Positions 9,574 through 15,873 of a DNA stretch of 64,000 nucleotides are shown in pieces; positions within the stretch are counted from its first letter, which is position 1, and each line of letters begins with the position of its first letter. The notes beneath the pieces were generated by a model. It saw only the letters and a list, made by a program, of their open reading frames with translations. It did not search any database and was not told the origin of the DNA. This DNA comes from Escherichia phage vB_EcoS_ESCO40: the sequence record NC_106514.1; one strand, given 5' to 3'. The position numbers were made by a program, and so were the translations under genes.

Positions 9574-9594
9574 ATATGAATTAAGGAGAATTTA

Positions 9595-10266
9595 ATGGTA
9601 AGAAAGAAAATAACTACAGAAGATGTGAACTTAACACTTGCTCCCAGAGGAATAATTATGCTAAGCACGTATATATCAGCTAAATCCAATGCTATATTTA
9701 AGTGCTCTAATGGACATAGTTGGGAGGCTAGAGTAGATAATGTAAAAGGTGGGAGAGGTTGCCCTTATTGTGCTAGTCGTACTTTAGATCTTAAAGAGGT
9801 AAGTGAATCCTTAGCTGCTCGTGGAATAAAGATGGAAGGTAAATACATCAATTCTAAGAGTAAAATTATGTTCAGCTGTGAGAATAATCATAGGTGGGAG
9901 TCTACACTTGATAGTGTTAGAAACCATAGTTCTGGTTGTCCTATATGTTTATTAGAGAAGGATAATTATCCTACTAGCGTATATATTTTAATAAGTAATG
10001 TGGGAACCAAAATAGGAGTGTCTAGCAGAACTAAAGATAGACTCAGAGATATTAAAACTTCTTCTAACATACATGATTTAAAAATATTTAAGGAATATAG
10101 CTTTTCAGATAGATCAAAAGCTATGCGTATTGAAAGAGAGGCCCATTTACAGTTTAAGGAATATAATTGTCAGTACAAAGATTTTGATGGTGCTACAGAA
10201 TTTTTTAATATTGAGCCAGAAGTAGTAGCAAGGTTTATTGAGGAAATAATTAATGACAGAGAATGA
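9595..10266 (+). CDS. T5orf172 / GIY-YIG-like domain protein with two N-terminal zinc-ribbon repeats; putative homing-type endonuclease
   Basis: two repeats C-x-N-x-H-x-W-E...G-C-P-x-C (KCSNGHSWEARVDNVKGGRGCPYC, SCENNHRWESTLDSVRNHSSGCPIC); C-terminal VYILISNVGTKIGVSS...R..R pattern. Confidence 0.55.
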   Translation: MVRKKITTEDVNLTLAPRGIIMLSTYISAKSNAIFKCSNGHSWEARVDNVKGGRGCPYCASRTLDLKEVSESLAARGIKMEGKYINSKSKIMFSCENNHRWESTLDSVRNHSSGCPICLLEKDNYPTSVYILISNVGTKIGVSSRTKDRLRDIKTSSNIHDLKIFKEYSFSDRSKAMRIEREAHLQFKEYNCQYKDFDGATEFFNIEPEVVARFIEEIINDRE

Positions 10267-12079
10267 ATTAATTGAGAATTGCAAAGGTCTGCTCACTCTA
10301 ACTGCGGATAAGGACTTACAGCATAATAATGCTAATAAGCCTAGTGAGATGTTCCATACTCAAAGAGACTTATTAGCTGGGGAAATTAACAAGTATTTAG
10401 TATCGCAAGAATTACCTAAACACCTGTTAGACGCACATAATCTAGGTAAAATACACATTCATGACATGGACTACAGAGCACAAGGGTACACCAACTGTTG
10501 CTTAGTAGATCTAGGCGGTATGCTGAAAAATGGCACTAAAATTGGTAACGCAAATATTGAAACCCCTAAATCCATAACTACTGCATGCGCGATTACTGCT
10601 CAGATTATTGCTCAAGTATCGGGTGCTCAGTATGGTGGCACCTCTATTGATCGTATCGATGAGGTTTTAGCCCCCTATGTCAGAAAGTCTTATGATAAAC
10701 ACCTGGGTCGTGGGCTACGTTGGCTCAAGGATGAAAGAAAAGCTGCTGTGTATGCTACTGAGCTTACTGAAAAAGAGTGTTATGATGCATTCCAAGCCCT
10801 AGAGTATGAAACTAATTCATTATTTAACTCTAATGGGCAGACCCCTTTTGTTACGCTTGGCTTTGGATTAGGTCAAGAGTGGGAGGAAAGGATGATTCAG
10901 AAAGCCATCCTCCAAAATCGTATTAAAGGTTTAGGTGCTGCTGAGTCAACCCCTATCTTCCCTAAACTAGTATTCTCAGTTAAAGAAGGGTTAAATAAAA
11001 ATCCAGGTGATCCTAACTATGATATAAAACAGCTAGCACTTGAGTGTTCTGCTACTCGTATGTATCCAGACTATTTAAGTTACGAGAGAGTTGTAGCTGT
11101 TACTGGTGATTTTAAAGCCCCTATGGGTTGTCGTAGTTTTTTATCTGCTATCCCCTCTGGAGAAATTGCAGGGCGTAATAATTTAGGTGTTGTGTCTATC
11201 AATCTACCTATGGTTGCTGCTGAGGCAGATGGAGTTTTTGAAGATTTCTGGGATATTCTAGACAAATATGTGGATGAGGCTTTTGAAGCGCATGACTTCT
11301 TCTTAAACAGACTGAAGAAAGTTAAGGCTAAACAAGCCCCTATTCTTTATATGCACGGTGGTTTTGGTGTACGTTTAGAAGGGGAAGAATATGTATGGCC
11401 TATTTTTGAGGGTAGATCCTCTGTATCTCTTGGGTATATTGGGGTCTATGAGATGTGCCAAATAATGTTTAGTTTACCACAGACTCATAGGGACTGTATT
11501 GAATTTACAGAGGAAGTTCTCACTCACTTAAAAAATCGTTGCGAAGTTAAAGCTAATGAGACTAATCTTGGGTTTAGCTTGTATGCTACTCCTAGTGAGT
11601 CTCTGTGTAATCGCTTTAATAAATTACTGGAGCGTAGATTCCCAGAGTATTCTTGGTTAACAGACAAAGGCTATCTTACTAATAGTCACCATTTGGACGT
11701 AAGAGAGAAGGTAGCCCCAGATACTAAATTTGAGTACGAAGCTCATTTTACCAAAATAGCTAATGGGGGTAATATATCGTTTGTGGAATTACCACAAATG
11801 AAAAAATTCCATAAAGCTCTTGAATACGTAGTAGATAAGGGACTAGAGTGTAGCCATTATATCGGTGTTAATATACCGATTGACGAGTGTTTCAACTGCG
11901 GATATATGGGTGAATCTATTGCCTCTGAGCGTGGGTTTGTATGTCCAAGTTGTGGGTCTGAAGAAATAGAGGTTACACGTAGGGTTTGCGGGTACCTGGG
12001 ATCCCCGGGCAGTAGGCCTTTCAATTCTGGGAAACAAAAAGAAGTGCTTGGTAGAGTAAAACACTTAAATCTTAAGTAA
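10253..12079 (+). CDS. nrdD: anaerobic ribonucleoside-triphosphate reductase (class III)
   Basis: aligns by eye with E. coli NrdD including the C-terminal zinc site (CFNCG...CPSCG) and glycyl-radical motif RVCGYLGS; no N-terminal ATP cone. Confidence 0.9.
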   Translation: MTENELIENCKGLLTLTADKDLQHNNANKPSEMFHTQRDLLAGEINKYLVSQELPKHLLDAHNLGKIHIHDMDYRAQGYTNCCLVDLGGMLKNGTKIGNANIETPKSITTACAITAQIIAQVSGAQYGGTSIDRIDEVLAPYVRKSYDKHLGRGLRWLKDERKAAVYATELTEKECYDAFQALEYETNSLFNSNGQTPFVTLGFGLGQEWEERMIQKAILQNRIKGLGAAESTPIFPKLVFSVKEGLNKNPGDPNYDIKQLALECSATRMYPDYLSYERVVAVTGDFKAPMGCRSFLSAIPSGEIAGRNNLGVVSINLPMVAAEADGVFEDFWDILDKYVDEAFEAHDFFLNRLKKVKAKQAPILYMHGGFGVRLEGEEYVWPIFEGRSSVSLGYIGVYEMCQIMFSLPQTHRDCIEFTEEVLTHLKNRCEVKANETNLGFSLYATPSESLCNRFNKLLERRFPEYSWLTDKGYLTNSHHLDVREKVAPDTKFEYEAHFTKIANGGNISFVELPQMKKFHKALEYVVDKGLECSHYIGVNIPIDECFNCGYMGESIASERGFVCPSCGSEEIEVTRRVCGYLGSPGSRPFNSGKQKEVLGRVKHLNLK

Positions 12080-12086
12080 GCTAATC

Positions 12087-12119
12087 AGCCAGGTTGCTAG
12101 TCGACCTGGCTTTTATTTT
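12087..12119 (+). terminator. rho-independent terminator after nrdD
   Basis: AGCCAGGT / ACCTGGCT 8-bp stem followed by TTTTATTTTA. Confidence 0.65.
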
Positions 12120-12121
12120 AT

Positions 12122-12150
12122 TTGCTTTCAGCCAAAAATTTATATATAAT
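12122..12150 (+). promoter_or_regulatory. sigma70-type early promoter (TTGCTT-17-TATAAT) with CATAAATTTGAGAGG leader
   Basis: TTGCTT 12122-12127, TATAAT 12145-12150, then AGATTTATAAATTTGAGAGGAG. Confidence 0.65.
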
Positions 12151-12178
12151 AGATTTATAAATTTGAGAGGAGAAGACT

Positions 12179-12460
12179 ATGAGCGAATTGCTTCCTAAAG
12201 TAGATGTTTCTCATCTTGGAGAGCCTAGTGAAGAACGTAAGGCTCTTGATTGGCTAGGTTACTTTGATTATCGTCGTGTTGTTGCAACATGGAATGATAA
12301 GAAAGTTAAGAAGTTTCGGGTACATTATGTAGGTAAAGACAAGTGGCTCTGGATTGATTATGAGGAATCGAAGGGGTCTACTAAGGCTGTGAAAATTTAT
12401 TGTATGTATGGGTATTATTATGCTCACTGTGATAAGAATGAATTTACAGTACAGAACTAA
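12179..12460 (+). CDS. hypothetical protein
   Basis: 93-aa ORF with GAGGAG site and own promoter. Confidence 0.55.
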   Translation: MSELLPKVDVSHLGEPSEERKALDWLGYFDYRRVVATWNDKKVKKFRVHYVGKDKWLWIDYEESKGSTKAVKIYCMYGYYYAHCDKNEFTVQN

Positions 12461-12469
12461 GGAACAAGA

Positions 12470-12700
12470 ATGAAAGACGTAAAACATCTTAAATATCGCT
12501 TAATCTATAATGGACGTATGGAAACTGAGGAGCTAGCTCAATTAGCTACTAACTCTAATGAGGTTATGGTGCGTGCGCTAGCAATTGAAAAGTTGCGTGC
12601 TTCTTATGAAAGTCGTATTATGCGACTGGAGGAAACCCTTTATGGACTTCTTGAATCAGAGGCTAAAAGTAACCCAGAGGATGGGCCTTCTAAGCAATAG
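12470..12700 (+). CDS. hypothetical protein
   Basis: 76-aa ORF with AAGGAA site, tightly packed after preceding gene. Confidence 0.5.
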   Translation: MKDVKHLKYRLIYNGRMETEELAQLATNSNEVMVRALAIEKLRASYESRIMRLEETLYGLLESEAKSNPEDGPSKQ

Positions 12701-12752
12701 AGGGTAACTTTACCCAAAATATTATCAAAGGACTCAAGAGAGGAATCATATA

Positions 12753-13589
12753 ATGCGTAGATTAATTATTATTAGTGGTGCAGGTTTGAGTGTTGAAAGT
12801 GGTGTACGAGCCTTCCGTACTGATACTGCTAGTGGTAAAGCATTGTGGGATGATTATGATCTAGAAGAGGTGTGTAATATTCATGCCTTTCGTGGTAATT
12901 TTTACCATAAAACTCACGCATTTTACAATAAACGTCGTGAAGAGTTAGAAACTGTTGAACCTAATCTTGCACACTTGCGTATTGGTGAATGGTATAAACA
13001 ATACCCAGGTCAGGTAGTAAACTTGACTACCAACGTTGATGACCTTATTGAGCGTGCTGGTGTTCCGCATAGTGACATTCTGCACATTCACGGATACTTA
13101 AAAGAGGTTGTTGTAGCTGATAGCTACAATAGTAGCAATAAACGAATTATTGATGTTGGGTATAGCTCTATTGACCCAGATGATTATAAGTGGGTTAAAC
13201 CTAATGTAATCTTCTTCGGAGAACATGCTCCAGCATACGCGGAGATGTACAATGTTTTTGATGGTATTACCAGTCAAGATATGATTGTGGTGGTTGGTTG
13301 CTCTAACCAAGTAATTAACTTCTACTGGGAATTATTCCCTGTTCTTAATCGGACTGCTGCGAAACTTATGGTAGTTAACTACTACGATAGTGCCTTAGCG
13401 GCGGAACCAGGCTATCAAGGTATGACTCGTAGTGATATGTACCAACTGGAAGATCGTGATATTCCTTACTGGAGTAAAGGTGCGGTAGATGCTTTCAGTG
13501 ACCCTGGTTTTATCGCTCGTGTAGAAGCTCATCTAGAGGGTAGACCTTATATGCCGGAGAGAAGGGGAAACAGATATGTCCATAGTTAA
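12753..13589 (+). CDS. Sir2-like (sirtuin-fold) NAD-binding protein lacking the zinc-ribbon module
   Basis: ISGAGLSVESGVRAFRTD (Rossmann NAD site), TTNVDDLIERAG and LHIHGYL (catalytic His region); no CxxC pairs. Confidence 0.6.
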   Translation: MRRLIIISGAGLSVESGVRAFRTDTASGKALWDDYDLEEVCNIHAFRGNFYHKTHAFYNKRREELETVEPNLAHLRIGEWYKQYPGQVVNLTTNVDDLIERAGVPHSDILHIHGYLKEVVVADSYNSSNKRIIDVGYSSIDPDDYKWVKPNVIFFGEHAPAYAEMYNVFDGITSQDMIVVVGCSNQVINFYWELFPVLNRTAAKLMVVNYYDSALAAEPGYQGMTRSDMYQLEDRDIPYWSKGAVDAFSDPGFIARVEAHLEGRPYMPERRGNRYVHS

Positions 13590-13758
13590 ATCTGTATATA
13601 CACATCCCGATGATATATTTGTATGGGCGGATGGTAGTTGGTGTTATCGTTGTGAGCTATGGGAAATGGACTATAAATCTGATGACTATGGTGTCATATA
13701 TGTTGATACGGTTGAGTATGATACGTTCTTAGCAAGGGACAAAAATGGAAATAAGTAA
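13576..13758 (+). CDS. hypothetical small protein
   Basis: 60-aa ORF, AAGGGGA site, overlaps both neighbours by a few codons. Confidence 0.4.
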   Translation: MSIVKSVYTHPDDIFVWADGSWCYRCELWEMDYKSDDYGVIYVDTVEYDTFLARDKNGNK

Positions 13759-14251
13759 TACTCCAATTATTTTTCTAGATATTGATGGGGTGCTCAACTC
13801 GAGCATCTCTCATCACCATGCACCTGATGATGAAAAGATTTTCTTTGGAAGTGACTGGGTTTTTAAACCGCTTCTCAAGGCTTTTCAGGACTTTATTCGT
13901 CCTTCTCCAATAATGATTGTTGGGGTATCTTCATGGTTCTCTGTCAGGAATGAGATGGAGAACGTTCAGATTATGACCGGATTAGATCTTATCGATCGTT
14001 TTCTTGGTACAACGGATTTTACTGGTGGTGGGCTATCTAGGGGTAATTCTGTTCTTCGCTTCGTTGAAAAGTATAAGCTCAAACATTGGTGTGTGCTGGA
14101 TGACGCTGGTGCTATGATGTATCAGTATCCAACGGTTATAGTCAATGGTAGAACTGGAATAAATCTTCAAGATTTAAGAGCTGTTAGCTATATGTTAGAA
14201 TTTAGTCCAGATCTTGAAATGTGTAAAGCCCTACAACAATTTAAGGTGTAA
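13745..14251 (+). CDS. HAD-superfamily phosphatase-like protein (possible nucleotidase)
   Basis: N-terminal IIFLDIDGVLN matches HAD motif I (DxDx[TV]); 168 aa. Confidence 0.55.
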   Translation: MEISNTPIIFLDIDGVLNSSISHHHAPDDEKIFFGSDWVFKPLLKAFQDFIRPSPIMIVGVSSWFSVRNEMENVQIMTGLDLIDRFLGTTDFTGGGLSRGNSVLRFVEKYKLKHWCVLDDAGAMMYQYPTVIVNGRTGINLQDLRAVSYMLEFSPDLEMCKALQQFKV

Positions 14252-14253
14252 AT

Positions 14254-14682
14254 ATGTTTAATAATGTATTCTCTAAAGAAGCTAACCCAATATTGGTTAA
14301 TTTTTGGCGTACTCTTCCAGACAACCTGTACAATGAGGCTATTAATGCCCTGAAAATATGGTGTGAGAATAATGAAATCTCCTTTGCTTTTAGAGGTGAG
14401 GTTGAAGAATCTCCCTGTATTGGTTTAATTGTGCAGGTAGAGGATGGTTTTGAAGAGATTGTCGGCTGGAAAGAGTTAGATGAAATGGGCTTGGTTTTTG
14501 CATTAAACTATAAGCTGTTTATGCCTAATAAACACCGTATTGTTGTTAACTATAAAACCAATGAATCTCCTGGTTTTCAAGTTAATGAACATTACGGTTG
14601 GTCTTACTCACCGGAAGAGGTAAATGATGGTATCCAGAAACTTCGTCGTTTTGGTTATCAGATTCCTGGTTTAACTGCCTAA
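14254..14682 (+). CDS. hypothetical protein, paralogue A of a tandem pair
   Basis: 142-aa ORF; shares blocks with the next ORF (SPCIGLIVQVEDG / WKELDEMGLVFALNYKLFMP / YQIPGLT). Confidence 0.55.
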   Translation: MFNNVFSKEANPILVNFWRTLPDNLYNEAINALKIWCENNEISFAFRGEVEESPCIGLIVQVEDGFEEIVGWKELDEMGLVFALNYKLFMPNKHRIVVNYKTNESPGFQVNEHYGWSYSPEEVNDGIQKLRRFGYQIPGLTA

Positions 14683-14691
14683 GGGGACACA

Positions 14692-15084
14692 ATGGAACAA
14701 GTATATTGGCGTCAGATTGATCCTAGTTTGGTGAAGCGTGCGGAGAAGCTGCTACAACGTTGGTTGGGGGTAAGACAAGCCTCCTTCACTTTTCCAGAGC
14801 AGCAAATAGATGATCCCTGTGTTGGTGTTTTCCTATCAGGCTACGCTAGGGAATGGGAATTGGATTGGAATGAATTGTCTGCTATGGGTTTAATTGTTGC
14901 ACTAAATTTCTCTTTGTTCCATCCACGTGGTTTGGCCATATGTCGTGTGCCTGGTGACGGTTGTTCGCCCCATCTTTTACAGGTGGAAGATGATATTTGG
15001 GAGTACACTCCAGGTATTCTCAAAGAAGCTAAAGAACAATTAAATCGTGTTGGAATCTATGTTCCGGGACTAAATGATGAATAA
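14692..15084 (+). CDS. hypothetical protein, paralogue B of a tandem pair
   Basis: 130-aa ORF; DPCVGVFLS / WNELSAMGLIVALNFSLFHP / HLLQVEDD / YVPGLN match paralogue A. Confidence 0.55.
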   Translation: MEQVYWRQIDPSLVKRAEKLLQRWLGVRQASFTFPEQQIDDPCVGVFLSGYAREWELDWNELSAMGLIVALNFSLFHPRGLAICRVPGDGCSPHLLQVEDDIWEYTPGILKEAKEQLNRVGIYVPGLNDE

Positions 15085-15268
15085 AGAATATTGGGTATGT
15101 TATGGTAAAATTAAAAAGTGGAATAAGGGTCAACTTTCCGCTAAACAAGTAAAATTTATGGCGAGATATTTGACTGATCCCACTTTCGATATTAAAAAGT
15201 TAAGTAGCTCAAACCGCGCTATTATACTTAAATTTGCTAATACTATTCGTGGTCTTTTTTATGATTAA
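15074..15268 (+). CDS. hypothetical small protein
   Basis: 64-aa ORF overlapping previous stop, followed by terminator. Confidence 0.4.
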   Translation: MMNKEYWVCYGKIKKWNKGQLSAKQVKFMARYLTDPTFDIKKLSSSNRAIILKFANTIRGLFYD

Positions 15269-15275
15269 TCCGTAT

Positions 15276-15302
15276 AACCGAGTCATTTTGGCTCGGTTTT
15301 CT
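15276..15302 (+). terminator. rho-independent terminator
   Basis: AACCGAG / CTCGGTT stem followed by TTTTCTCT. Confidence 0.6.
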
Positions 15303-15344
15303 CTGTACTCAAAGACACTGATAGCACCATCCGGAAAATTTTAC

Positions 15345-15373
15345 TTGCATGATACTCAAAATCTTGATATAAT
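15345..15373 (+). promoter_or_regulatory. sigma70-type promoter (TTGCAT-17-TATAAT) heading a ~500-nt untranslated leader
   Basis: TTGCAT 15345-15350, TATAAT 15368-15373, then ATTTATATTGAATTGAGAGAC and a 10-bp hairpin (15394-15419). Confidence 0.55.
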
Positions 15374-15873
15374 ATTTATATTGAATTGAGAGACATTAGT
15401 AAAAATTGGTTTTACTAATTTTTCTTGTTTACAATCCGCGATACGGAACAGTTAGGCTGCCCCATTAAGGGTTGTTTTAACTGTTACGTGTTAGTTTTTA
15501 AACAAATAGTTAATAGAATACTTAGCGATCTGCGTCCCATAGGAACCCTGGTAAGGCCTCGAAGCAACCTAGTATGAGGTGGTTGTGAAGTGAGATGGGA
15601 GGAGTGAAAAACTACCGAGACGTGATTCTGTAAGTTATATTGCATCTAGTATGAGCTAGTATATGAAGCATTAGGTGAGCAAATCTGGCTTAGCGGCCAT
15701 CCTCAAGGATTTGTGCGGTATAATGAGGCAGCAGCGCAGCGTGAAAGTGGAAGTTGCCACCCCACTTCAGTATTTGCGATTAATTTGTTGAGAAATTGAC
15801 AGTAACAGTTGTTCTATTCTTTCTGAATAGTCCTAAAGAAAACTTATTTCATTTCCAACACAGGAGTATTGTT

